Assembly (NCBI GenBank): GCA_016927185.1 | Contig: JAFGND010000055.1 | Location: 7,799-71,798, forward strand | Reading direction: 5' to 3' | DNA: 64,000 nucleotides | From: Candidatus Coatesbacteria bacterium | GTDB lineage: Bacteria > JAFGND01 | In this document: positions 52,487 to 61,039 of the stretch, piece after piece | Layout: every line of letters begins with the position of its first letter | Position numbering within the stretch: position 1 is the stretch's first letter | Position numbers and translations under genes: made by a program | Notes under the pieces: model-generated | Seen by the model: the letters and a program-made list of their open reading frames with translations, nothing else | Told to the model about the DNA's origin: nothing | The model's database searches: none

Positions 52487-53817
52487 TCTACAATATCATT
52501 CAGAAGTTGTTCATCAACATGGTCTGCTTTTGAGTATTCTTCAGGAGTTGATTTCCCTGTACCTTTGAAGAAAAGATGATTCAATGAAGGATATGATTTG
52601 AAGTATACATTCTTGTTATTCTTGAGACTTTCTTTCCAGTTATTAAAATCTACCATAGTAACCTGATAATCTCGTTCTCCCTGAAGAATATATAAAGGTT
52701 GCTTCAAGTTTTTTGCAACTTCATGAGGTTTGTAATCTTTTAAATCAATCCAGTATTTTGAAAATGCACCTAAAACAGGTTTATCATCTTTAGCATTCTT
52801 ATCCAGCTGTTTTAGTTTTGCTATTTCTTGCTTGAGTTTTTCTATATGCTCTTTCTCATCTTTTGCCAGTGTACCATCCAGTGAATAAATATACGTGATT
52901 TGTTCAAGCATCAAATCTTCCATAGGTCTAGTGGATCCTGCAAGGCTAATCAGTCCTTTTATATTCTGACTAGCTAAACCTATTCTCGGGATAAGCATTC
53001 CTCCAAGACTGTGTCCTAATACAAAAATTCTGTTTTTGTCTATTCCTTCAGTACTTCTCAGTAATTCAACAGCCAGAATAGCGTCATCTATTGTTTCCTC
53101 TTTAACAGTCAATTCCTTCAAGACACCTATTATCTTTTCTTTATGCTGATTTGTTCTTTTATTGTATCTCAAGACAGCAATTCCCTTTGAAGCCAATCCT
53201 AATGCTATATCCTTGAATGGTTTATTGGACAAGATTGTCTCATCCATGTCATTAGGACCAGAACCATGCACAAGAACAACAGCAGGAACAGATTTTGCAT
53301 CCTTTGGCAAAGTCAATTTGCCTTTCAACTCCCATTCACCTTTTCCAACTGTAACATCTTTTTCTACAATATTCTCTATTTTTACATAAGAGGGATTTTT
53401 GTAATCGATATTTGCAGCTTGACCAGGAAGGAAGAACAAACCAGCAACTTGCTTGTTTTTATTGAAAACAACCTTTATGTCTATTGTTGCTTTCTCGAAT
53501 TCTGTAGTCACCAATACAACATCATAGTCACCTTGTTTCAATTGGTTAATCTTAGTTATATTCTTGAAACCTCCTAATCTTGATTTCAATCCATTTGAAG
53601 CTTCAGAGAATTTATCCTTTGGCAATCCTTTTTTCACTTCATCATCGAAATAACCTGAAACTGCATCATAATCATCTTTTATTACTGCATTTGCTACTTT
53701 CTTTGCTAAAGCCGTGATATCTTCATTAATATTTGCATCAGCCTTTTTTTCTTCTGCTTTTGTTTTGCAGGAAACAAGCATGATAGCAATAAAAAGAATC
53801 CCAATCCATTTTTTCAT
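52465..53817 (-). CDS. alpha/beta-hydrolase lipoprotein (dienelactone hydrolase / S9-like)
   Basis: Lipoprotein signal (LVSCKT), N-terminal non-catalytic domain, then VVLVHGSGPND ... GHSLGG nucleophile elbow. Confidence 0.7.
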   Translation of the reverse strand: MKKWIGILFIAIMLVSCKTKAEEKKADANINEDITALAKKVANAVIKDDYDAVSGYFDDEVKKGLPKDKFSEASNGLKSRLGGFKNITKINQLKQGDYDVVLVTTEFEKATIDIKVVFNKNKQVAGLFFLPGQAANIDYKNPSYVKIENIVEKDVTVGKGEWELKGKLTLPKDAKSVPAVVLVHGSGPNDMDETILSNKPFKDIALGLASKGIAVLRYNKRTNQHKEKIIGVLKELTVKEETIDDAILAVELLRSTEGIDKNRIFVLGHSLGGMLIPRIGLASQNIKGLISLAGSTRPMEDLMLEQITYIYSLDGTLAKDEKEHIEKLKQEIAKLKQLDKNAKDDKPVLGAFSKYWIDLKDYKPHEVAKNLKQPLYILQGERDYQVTMVDFNNWKESLKNNKNVYFKSYPSLNHLFFKGTGKSTPEEYSKADHVDEQLLNDIVEWIKKIK

Positions 53818-54011
53818 ATAAGTATCCTTTCTTGTTCTTGTTACAACTTTTTGTTATCAATTATGACCTGAATCAATAATAAGAGAAAAAAAGCAAGCTA
53901 TTATGAAATGGGAAATAATGTTTGAAAGAGTTAACCTTATAAGTTAAATATGCAAATAGCAGATAAAAAGCTTTTCTCAATCTAAGTCTAGCAGCATTCA
54001 GATTTGGCATT

Positions 54012-54040
54012 TGACATTCTTCTGAATTTACCTTATTATT
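54012..54040 (+). promoter_or_regulatory. candidate sigma-70-type promoter (-35 TTGACA, 17-nt spacer, -10 TATTAT) for znuA, overlapped by an inverted repeat
   Basis: TTGACA at 54012-54017, ATTATT/TATTAT at 54035-54040, roughly 210 nt upstream of znuA. A 7-bp inverted repeat ATTCAGA...TCTGAAT (53996-54002 / 54021-54027) brackets the -35. Confidence 0.25.
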
Positions 54041-54250
54041 TACTAAATGTTTACTTTGGTTTTTATTATAATCTTCATAATATTATGGCTTTTTATTCAA
54101 CTCTATCTTTTTCCGAAGTTGGGTATTCCAACCTGAATGAAACAAGATTGTTCTCTGGAAGAGAAAAAAAGGGAAAAGCACAAAGATCCCTGTGCTTGAC
54201 AAAAGCTAGAACTTTCTTCTATCTGGCGATAAAAAGAAAGGGAGTCAGTT

Positions 54251-55177
54251 TTGAAGGTTTTCCTGATGTTTCTTATCTCACTCTTGACACTGTCTTGTGG
54301 TAAAAGAGAAATGCCTGAAAAGAAGGTCTTAAACAAGAATAAACTTATAGTTGTTGCAAGCATTGCTCCATATCATGATTTTGCTAAACAGATAGGAAAA
54401 GACAGAATAGAAGCATACCTGATTATTCCTTCTGGAGAAAGTCCTCATACTTTCAATCCCAGACCAAGTCAACAGAAATTGATAGCAAAAGCAGATTTAT
54501 TGATAATCAATGGACTGGGGCTGGAATACTGGCTAGATAAAATGGTTGATGCAGCAGAAAACAAAAATCTGGTTGTGTTAAAAGCAGCTGAAGGATTCCC
54601 GATTATAACTGATTTGCATCATAATCATGAGCATCTGAATGAAACAACTCATGAAGAAAAAGAAAACAAGCATAAGCATGATATGGGTAATCCACATCTA
54701 TGGTTAAATCCTGTCTATGCAATCAGTATTGTAGACAAAATCAAGGATACGCTGAAAGAAGCTGATCCTGTAAATGGTAGCTTTTATAGTTCAAATGCTG
54801 AAGCTTACAAATTGAAACTGAAGGAATTGGATAAGGAAATAAGAGAAAAAGCAAAAAAATGGCAAACGAAAGATTTTATCACTTTTCATCCAAGTTTTGA
54901 ATATTTTGCCAGGGAATACGGTTTGAATCAAGTAGCAGTAATTGAAGAAATCCCTGGAAAGGAACCTACTCCAAGGGAATTGAAGGAAATCATTGATAAA
55001 GTAAAAAAAACAAAGGCAAAAGCAATATTTGCTGAACCTCAATTTCCTGCAGCAATAGTCAAGTCTATTGCAGATGAAACAGGAATTAGAGTTGCTACCT
55101 TAAATCCTCTTCCAGAAAATTATCTTGAAGGAATGAAAGAGAATTTGAGACAGCTTGAAAAAGCACTGGGAGAATAA
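54251..55177 (+). CDS. znuA: zinc ABC transporter substrate-binding lipoprotein (TroA/ZnuA family) with His-rich loop
   Basis: Signal/lipobox (LTLSCGK); cluster-9 SBP layout with a flexible His-rich insert (HHNHEHLNETTHEEKENKHKHDMGNPH). TTG start at 54251 preceded by a GGGAG SD. Confidence 0.8.
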   Translation: MKVFLMFLISLLTLSCGKREMPEKKVLNKNKLIVVASIAPYHDFAKQIGKDRIEAYLIIPSGESPHTFNPRPSQQKLIAKADLLIINGLGLEYWLDKMVDAAENKNLVVLKAAEGFPIITDLHHNHEHLNETTHEEKENKHKHDMGNPHLWLNPVYAISIVDKIKDTLKEADPVNGSFYSSNAEAYKLKLKELDKEIREKAKKWQTKDFITFHPSFEYFAREYGLNQVAVIEEIPGKEPTPRELKEIIDKVKKTKAKAIFAEPQFPAAIVKSIADETGIRVATLNPLPENYLEGMKENLRQLEKALGE

Positions 55178-55959
55178 TGTCAGAAGCTATTGTGAAACTG
55201 GATAATGTATTTGTCAAATATAGCAGTATAATAGCTTTAGAGAATGTTACACTAGAGATTGAGGAAGGCAGTTTTTGTACAGTGATAGGACCAAATGGAA
55301 GTGGCAAAACTACTTTGTTAAAATGTATCATAGGCATAACAAAACCATCAAGCGGTACAATTAAGGTTTTTGGAATAGAGGCAACTAAACTGGGCAAGAA
55401 AAGACTTGATATTGGATATGTCTCACAGAGTATAAACATTGATTTTAACGTTCCCATAAGCGTTTTCGATTTTGTCTTGATGGGCAGATATTCTCACATT
55501 GGGATGTTCAGGTATCCACTAAAAGAAGATAAAAATAAGGTTATAGAAGCAATGGAGATGGTAGAAATAAAAGATCTTGCAAACAGAAAGCTTATTGCCC
55601 TATCAGGAGGACAGAAACAAAGAGCATTTCTTGCACGGGCACTAGTAAATAATCCCAGATTGCTCTTGCTTGATGAACCTACTACTGGAGTAGATACAAA
55701 ATCGACAGACAACTTCTATATGTTGCTGAAATCATTGCATAATAACGGAATAACAATAATTCTTGTTTCTCATGATATTGGGGTAGTTGCATCATTTTCG
55801 AAAAAAGTGGTTTGTCTTAATAATTATCTTGTGGCTCATGATGTTCCAGAAAAAGTAATGAATGAAAGCGATTTGCAAACTATGTATGGCAAGGAAGCTT
55901 CTTTTTTCCATCATCATGACGTAACACCTCACATAGTGGTCAGAAAGCACGATGATTGA
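55177..55959 (+). CDS. znuC: zinc/manganese ABC transporter ATP-binding protein
   Basis: Walker A GPNGSGKTT, signature LSGGQKQRA, Walker B LLLLDEPT; 260 aa. Start overlaps the znuA stop. Confidence 0.9.
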   Translation: MSEAIVKLDNVFVKYSSIIALENVTLEIEEGSFCTVIGPNGSGKTTLLKCIIGITKPSSGTIKVFGIEATKLGKKRLDIGYVSQSINIDFNVPISVFDFVLMGRYSHIGMFRYPLKEDKNKVIEAMEMVEIKDLANRKLIALSGGQKQRAFLARALVNNPRLLLLDEPTTGVDTKSTDNFYMLLKSLHNNGITIILVSHDIGVVASFSKKVVCLNNYLVAHDVPEKVMNESDLQTMYGKEASFFHHHDVTPHIVVRKHDD

Positions 55960-56767
55960 TATACTGACTTATCCATTTATGCAAAGAGCATTTATATCAG
56001 GAACAATTATTGGTTTGCTTTGCTCAATAATTGGTATATATATAGTAATGAGAGGATTATCATTTATTGGTGCAGGAATATCTCATGCTTCTTTTGGAGG
56101 GGTTGCATTAGGATTTCTACTGAAAATAAATCCCATTATAACAGCAGCAATTTTCTGTATATTAACTGCATGGGGAATTACGATAGTAAGCGGAAAGGAG
56201 AAATTGAAGGAAGATACTGCTATAGGGATATTTTTCGCAACAACTATGGCTTTGGGCATTCTATTTATTGGTCTTACTGGAAACTATAATGTTGATTTAT
56301 TTGGTTACCTGTTTGGAAGTATTTTATCAGTAGGTGCATTTGATTTATACATATCAATATTGCTTGGTTTGTTAATTCTGTTACTGATAGTCATGTTTTT
56401 CAAAGAATTCCTGTTTATATCATTTGATCCTGAAGGGGCTGAAGTATCAGGTTTGCCTGTAAGTTTTCTAAGGTATTTGCTTCTTACATTAATCGCATTG
56501 ACTATAGTATTGTCCATGAAGATAGTTGGTATTATCCTTGTCTCTGCACTACTTGTAATACCGGCAGCTTCTGCATATCAGATAGCAAAGGGAATAAGAA
56601 GTTTATTCATATGGTCAGGAATATTCTGTTTTTTTGCAGTTTATTGTGGGTTGTTTTTATCATACATTTTTGATACTCCATCTGGTGCAACCATAGTAAT
56701 ATTATCTGCAATCGTCTTTTTCCTTATTCTTTTGGTAAAATCCGCTATAAAAATAAGAAAATCTTGA
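55952..56767 (+). CDS. znuB: zinc/manganese ABC transporter permease
   Basis: ABC-3 family 8-TM permease layout, 271 aa; start overlaps the znuC stop by 8 nt. Confidence 0.85.
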   Translation: MIDILTYPFMQRAFISGTIIGLLCSIIGIYIVMRGLSFIGAGISHASFGGVALGFLLKINPIITAAIFCILTAWGITIVSGKEKLKEDTAIGIFFATTMALGILFIGLTGNYNVDLFGYLFGSILSVGAFDLYISILLGLLILLLIVMFFKEFLFISFDPEGAEVSGLPVSFLRYLLLTLIALTIVLSMKIVGIILVSALLVIPAASAYQIAKGIRSLFIWSGIFCFFAVYCGLFLSYIFDTPSGATIVILSAIVFFLILLVKSAIKIRKS

Positions 56768-56819
56768 CAGAAACCCACAATATCAATACTCCAACATTAA
56801 CAAAAAGAGGGAGGCAATT

Positions 56820-58496
56820 ATAAGACAAGTTCTTGCAATTATTTTAATATTACCACTATACCTCTTTTCACTTCAAGGATTAGATAAAATCTGGGTTGCA
56901 GTATCTCCTGAAGGTAAAGGCAATAATATCTTTGTCTGCTGGAATCCTGTTCAGGCAAAAGGTATAAAATCAATAATAATAAGCAAATCAAGATATCTTA
57001 AGGGAGAAGAAAAAGTAATAGCCAGGCTTCCTGTTTCATCCTCAAATTTTATAGATAAAATATCGGAGGAAGACAAAAAGATAAGCTGGTATTATAAAGC
57101 AAGGCTTGAATACTATGGGAAATGCTGGTTTGCATGGCCAGAAAAAAATGAAGGCTCATTAAATGGACCTTTTGGAAAATGTGTCTCAGCTTCTCTTGGA
57201 AATCCAATTTCAGAACCAGCAATTTCAGAAGTATTCACTTCATTTGGCGAAGGTTCAGATAAAATCACTGCTCCCCCTAACTTGTTGGCAGTTGATAAAC
57301 CTAATGACAAGGGGGATCAGATAAATGTAATGTGGCCTCCTGTAAAAGAGAAAATAAGGATTGATTTTCTGCAGATATTTCAAAAAAATAAAAGCAAAGA
57401 AAATCTGCTGATCGAGAATTTAGCTGACAAGATATCAGGAAAGGAAAAGGATGATAACATACTGTATTATGACCTTTTCAGAAAGAATCTTGGTACAGGG
57501 AAAATGGAATATATAAACAGATTTCAATCTTTTATTACCAACTATAGAGATCAAAGGCAATCTTTCAAAGATACAAAAAACAAGCTTGAAGGTTACAAGA
57601 AGATGCTTCGTGAGCAACCTACCTATAAATACTATATAAGAGCAATCTCCCCCCTGTATTACAGTAAGGTTACCGAAAGCAAACCAGCAAAAATGCAAGG
57701 TCAATGGTTTAACATGGAGAAGATTATTGCTCTTATTGCAATGATGGTAATAACTGCTTCATTGTTTTACTTTATAAGGAAAGCAAAAAGTGATGCCAGT
57801 CTTTATATTAGACCACTGGCTGGCTTGAAGGAAATAGACAATGCCGTCGGAAGAGCAACAGAAATGGGAAGACCAATTCTGTTTGTTCCAGGGTTAAGCT
57901 CAATAGCAGATATTGCTACAATTGCTGGTTTGAATATACTGGCAGGAGTAGCAAAAAAGGCAGCAGAGTATGATACTCCCTTATTCGTACCCTTGAGAGA
58001 TTATGTTGTGCTGCCGATTGCTCAGGAAATAGTGAAAAGTGCTTATTCAGAAGTTGGCAGACCAGATGCATATAAGGAGCAAAGTGTTTTCTTTGTTTCA
58101 CCGAGCCAGTTTGCTTATGTTGCCGGTGTTGCAGGACTGATGGCAAGGGAAAAACCAGCAACCAACTTTTTCATGGGGATGTTCTGGGCTGAAAGCCTGA
58201 TTTTAACTGAAAAAGGGAATGAAGAAGGATGTATTCAAATAGCAGGAAGCGATGCAGAAACTCAGTTACCTTTCTTCATAACAACATGTGATTTCACTTT
58301 GATAGGGGAGGAGTTATATGCTGCTTCTGCATATATCTCCAAGGATCCATTATTGGTGGGAAGCATAAAAGCACAGGATCTAGATAAATTATTCATAATA
58401 GGGTGTATAATATTGGGAACATTGTTAACTACTTTGGCTGAATTATTAACTTATCCAGCTCTTAATTTTTTCAAGATGCTTTTTCCTGTTCAATAG
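56820..58496 (+). CDS. hypothetical bitopic envelope protein (signal peptide, roughly 280-aa extracytoplasmic domain, one TM helix, roughly 250-aa cytoplasmic domain) with apparent non-canonical start codon
   Basis: Reading frame is open from 56757 to 58496. The track only reports 57282-58496 (TTG), but the roughly 175 upstream codons contain no stop. AGAGGGAGG SD (56805-56813) is followed 6 nt later by ATA AGA CAA GTT... = (M/I)RQVLAIILILPLYLFSLQG, a textbook signal peptide. A TM helix (IIALIAMMVITASLFYFI) sits mid-protein. Confidence 0.5.
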   Translation: MRQVLAIILILPLYLFSLQGLDKIWVAVSPEGKGNNIFVCWNPVQAKGIKSIIISKSRYLKGEEKVIARLPVSSSNFIDKISEEDKKISWYYKARLEYYGKCWFAWPEKNEGSLNGPFGKCVSASLGNPISEPAISEVFTSFGEGSDKITAPPNLLAVDKPNDKGDQINVMWPPVKEKIRIDFLQIFQKNKSKENLLIENLADKISGKEKDDNILYYDLFRKNLGTGKMEYINRFQSFITNYRDQRQSFKDTKNKLEGYKKMLREQPTYKYYIRAISPLYYSKVTESKPAKMQGQWFNMEKIIALIAMMVITASLFYFIRKAKSDASLYIRPLAGLKEIDNAVGRATEMGRPILFVPGLSSIADIATIAGLNILAGVAKKAAEYDTPLFVPLRDYVVLPIAQEIVKSAYSEVGRPDAYKEQSVFFVSPSQFAYVAGVAGLMAREKPATNFFMGMFWAESLILTEKGNEEGCIQIAGSDAETQLPFFITTCDFTLIGEELYAASAYISKDPLLVGSIKAQDLDKLFIIGCIILGTLLTTLAELLTYPALNFFKMLFPVQ

Positions 58497-58505
58497 AGAG
58501 GTATA

Positions 58506-59165
58506 ATGAAAACAACAATACCACTTATAATAGTCTTAGTTGGAGGAATAATAGGGATAATCTTTCAATTCATTCCTCATGAGTTTGTTCAGACTATTAA
58601 TGATGAAATACTCAATTATTTCAGAGTGTTAAGTTTTTTTGCATTACCTCTTGGAATTGTATCTATATTAATGGTTCATACAGGAAAAATCAGAAGGAAA
58701 GCCCAGCACTGGCAATATTCAATCATTCTTATTCTAACAATTTTTTTCATGATAGTAACAGGTTTCGTATTTGGTACAGATAGATTTGATCCAAGACTAG
58801 CTAATTATGGCTGGAACACTATATTCATGTTTATGTTCCAGCAGGTTCAAATTCCTATAGAATCAACAATGTTTTCTTTGCTTGCTTTCTATATTTCAAC
58901 AGCTGCCTACAGGGCGTTCAGGGCAAGAAGCAAAGAAGCTACCATACTACTTGTTGCATCTTTGATTGTCATGCTTGGGCAGGTTTCGGTTGGTCAAATG
59001 ATCCCAATTATTGGTGATTACATTCCTGTCATTAGTAACTGGATTATGTCTAATCCAAATATGGCAGCGAAAAGAGGAATCCTCTTGGGGGTAGCACTGG
59101 GAATGCTCGGAACTTCTCTCAAGATTATTCTTGGTATTGAAAGAGCTTATCTGGGAAGAGCATAG
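58506..59165 (+). CDS. hypothetical polytopic membrane protein (about 6 TM)
   Basis: GAGAGG SD, ATG 58506, 9-nt gap from the previous gene; six hydrophobic helices. Confidence 0.5.
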   Translation: MKTTIPLIIVLVGGIIGIIFQFIPHEFVQTINDEILNYFRVLSFFALPLGIVSILMVHTGKIRRKAQHWQYSIILILTIFFMIVTGFVFGTDRFDPRLANYGWNTIFMFMFQQVQIPIESTMFSLLAFYISTAAYRAFRARSKEATILLVASLIVMLGQVSVGQMIPIIGDYIPVISNWIMSNPNMAAKRGILLGVALGMLGTSLKIILGIERAYLGRA

Positions 59166-59179
59166 GCAGGAGGATTGTA

Positions 59180-60400
59180 TTGAAAAGTTTCTATGAAAGG
59201 ATTATGCATATAGACAGAAGGATTATATACGCTATAATAATGATAGTGGTATTGATCCCTCTTATCTGGTCGCTAAACCTGAAAACTTATCATACAGAAC
59301 CAATCACAAAGATTTATAACAGACTGGAGCAGAACCATAAAAATGCGAAGAAGAATGGTGTGAAACCAAAACCTGTTTTTATGTGTGTTACTTATGGAGG
59401 CTCAGCAAAACCTGAACTGCATCCAATGACTAGATCAGTTTTAAGACATTGTTATTTAAGGGGAATTCCAGTAATAAGCTTTGCATTTGAACCGGAAGCA
59501 GCCAAAATAGCAGAAGATATTATGGACGAAGTAGCATTTGAATATGGAGCAGTTTATGGAAAGGATTATGCATGTTTTGGGTTCAAGTATCCTCCATTAC
59601 CATTGATTTTAGGACTTGGAACAAATGCAAAAGAAGCTTTGAAGGAAGATGTCCGCGGGAATAAATACGAAGATATACCTGTAATGCATGGAATAAGAAC
59701 TTATGACGATATTGACCTTTTGTTTGATTTTTCAGCAAGCGCTTCATGGATGACATGGGTAGTATATGCAAAAAGCAGATTTAATCAGGATATTGCTGTA
59801 GGATTAACTGGTGTAATGGTTTCCCAGGCATATCCATATCTTGAGACAGGTCAGTTGGTTGGAATCCTAACAGGTCTCAAGGGTGCTGCTGAGTATGAAG
59901 ATTACTTGATGAAAATGGAAAAAGAAACTGAATATTCAAGCATGAGAGAGAAAAACCTGAAAGTATACTTGACGCTGACTCAGGCGAATATCACTCCTAC
60001 TAGCAAGAATTATGTAGATATTGCAGAGAGGTTATTGAGAAATACTCCTGAAGGGGAATTTGAAAAGAAGCTGAAGGATTATTATGATATCGCACAGAAT
60101 CTTTATTACAAGAAATACTTTGCAAAGGAACTATCTGCAAGGGAATCTAAGGCAAAGAATGATGCAGAAAAGAAATCGCTTTTAAATGACATTCTTTCCC
60201 AAAATCAGGATAAAGTTAAGGAACTTGACTACCTTTTCCTCAAAGACTTCAAGAAAAAGTACAATGACTTGCTTGCAACATCAATTAGTGAAAACAAGAG
60301 GGCAATGGTTGGGATGGATGCCCAGGCCATTGCACATGTAGTTATTATTTTATTTATTTTAATAGGAAATATCGGTTTTTTCCTTTCTAAATGGAGATAG
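59180..60400 (+). CDS. hypothetical membrane-anchored protein (N- and C-terminal TM helices, large soluble middle domain)
   Basis: TTG start 6 nt after a perfect AGGAGG SD. N-terminal helix IIYAIIMIVVLIPLIW, C-terminal helix HVVIILFILIGNIGFFL, 406 aa. Confidence 0.5.
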   Translation: MKSFYERIMHIDRRIIYAIIMIVVLIPLIWSLNLKTYHTEPITKIYNRLEQNHKNAKKNGVKPKPVFMCVTYGGSAKPELHPMTRSVLRHCYLRGIPVISFAFEPEAAKIAEDIMDEVAFEYGAVYGKDYACFGFKYPPLPLILGLGTNAKEALKEDVRGNKYEDIPVMHGIRTYDDIDLLFDFSASASWMTWVVYAKSRFNQDIAVGLTGVMVSQAYPYLETGQLVGILTGLKGAAEYEDYLMKMEKETEYSSMREKNLKVYLTLTQANITPTSKNYVDIAERLLRNTPEGEFEKKLKDYYDIAQNLYYKKYFAKELSARESKAKNDAEKKSLLNDILSQNQDKVKELDYLFLKDFKKKYNDLLATSISENKRAMVGMDAQAIAHVVIILFILIGNIGFFLSKWR

Positions 60401-60409
60401 AAGGTAAGG

Positions 60410-61039
60410 ATGTTTTTAGCTTATACAATTGCTGGACTCTTGACTTTATTTGTTTACAGCTTCCTTTATAAAGATAATCCTTTTTACAGACTTGCCGAGC
60501 ATCTGGTCGTTGGAGTATCTTTGGGATTTGGATTTGTCTATTCCTTCCAGCAGATTTTCATTCCATTTTGCTGGAATCCACTAATGGAAGGACACTATGA
60601 TGTATTAATTCCTGCATTGATAGGATTGATGTGGTGGCCCAGGTTTATTCCAAAATGGGCATGGCTATCTAGATATCCTATAGCCTTGACTATGGGCTTT
60701 TTTTCAGGATTTTCAATTCCGAACACAATCCAGGCTTCAATACTCGTTCAGGTACAGCATACAATGCTTAACTTTGCTGGAACAAGTCCATATGGAGGGA
60801 GTCAGGCACTTTATATATTCAACCAGATAGTAATTTTTATTGGAGTTTTTAGCGTTCTGATTTATTTCTATTTTTCCAAACCTCATAAGGGAGCTTTAGG
60901 CCATATCAGCAAAATAGGAATATGGTATCTAATGATAGGTTTCGGTGCTACTTTCGGATTTACTGTTATGGGTAGGATTTCCCTGCTTATTGGAAGACTT
61001 CAATTTATTATAACCGATTGGTTACAGATAGTGCATTAA
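60410..61039 (+). CDS. hypothetical polytopic membrane protein (about 6 TM)
   Basis: AAGGTAAGG SD, ATG 60410, 9-nt gap; Trp/Pro-rich loops (CWNPLMEGHY, WWPRFIPKWAW). Confidence 0.5.
   Translation: MFLAYTIAGLLTLFVYSFLYKDNPFYRLAEHLVVGVSLGFGFVYSFQQIFIPFCWNPLMEGHYDVLIPALIGLMWWPRFIPKWAWLSRYPIALTMGFFSGFSIPNTIQASILVQVQHTMLNFAGTSPYGGSQALYIFNQIVIFIGVFSVLIYFYFSKPHKGALGHISKIGIWYLMIGFGATFGFTVMGRISLLIGRLQFIITDWLQIVH

Noticed and set aside
54004-54303. 99-aa ORF in the znuA upstream region
   Set aside because: It has no SD, sits on the putative promoter and inverted repeats, and has odd composition. It more likely lies in non-coding control DNA.
57282-58496. Track gene model starting at TTG 57282
   Set aside because: The frame is open for a further roughly 175 codons upstream, with an SD and signal peptide. 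The TTG model is almost certainly a truncation, as explained in the findings.
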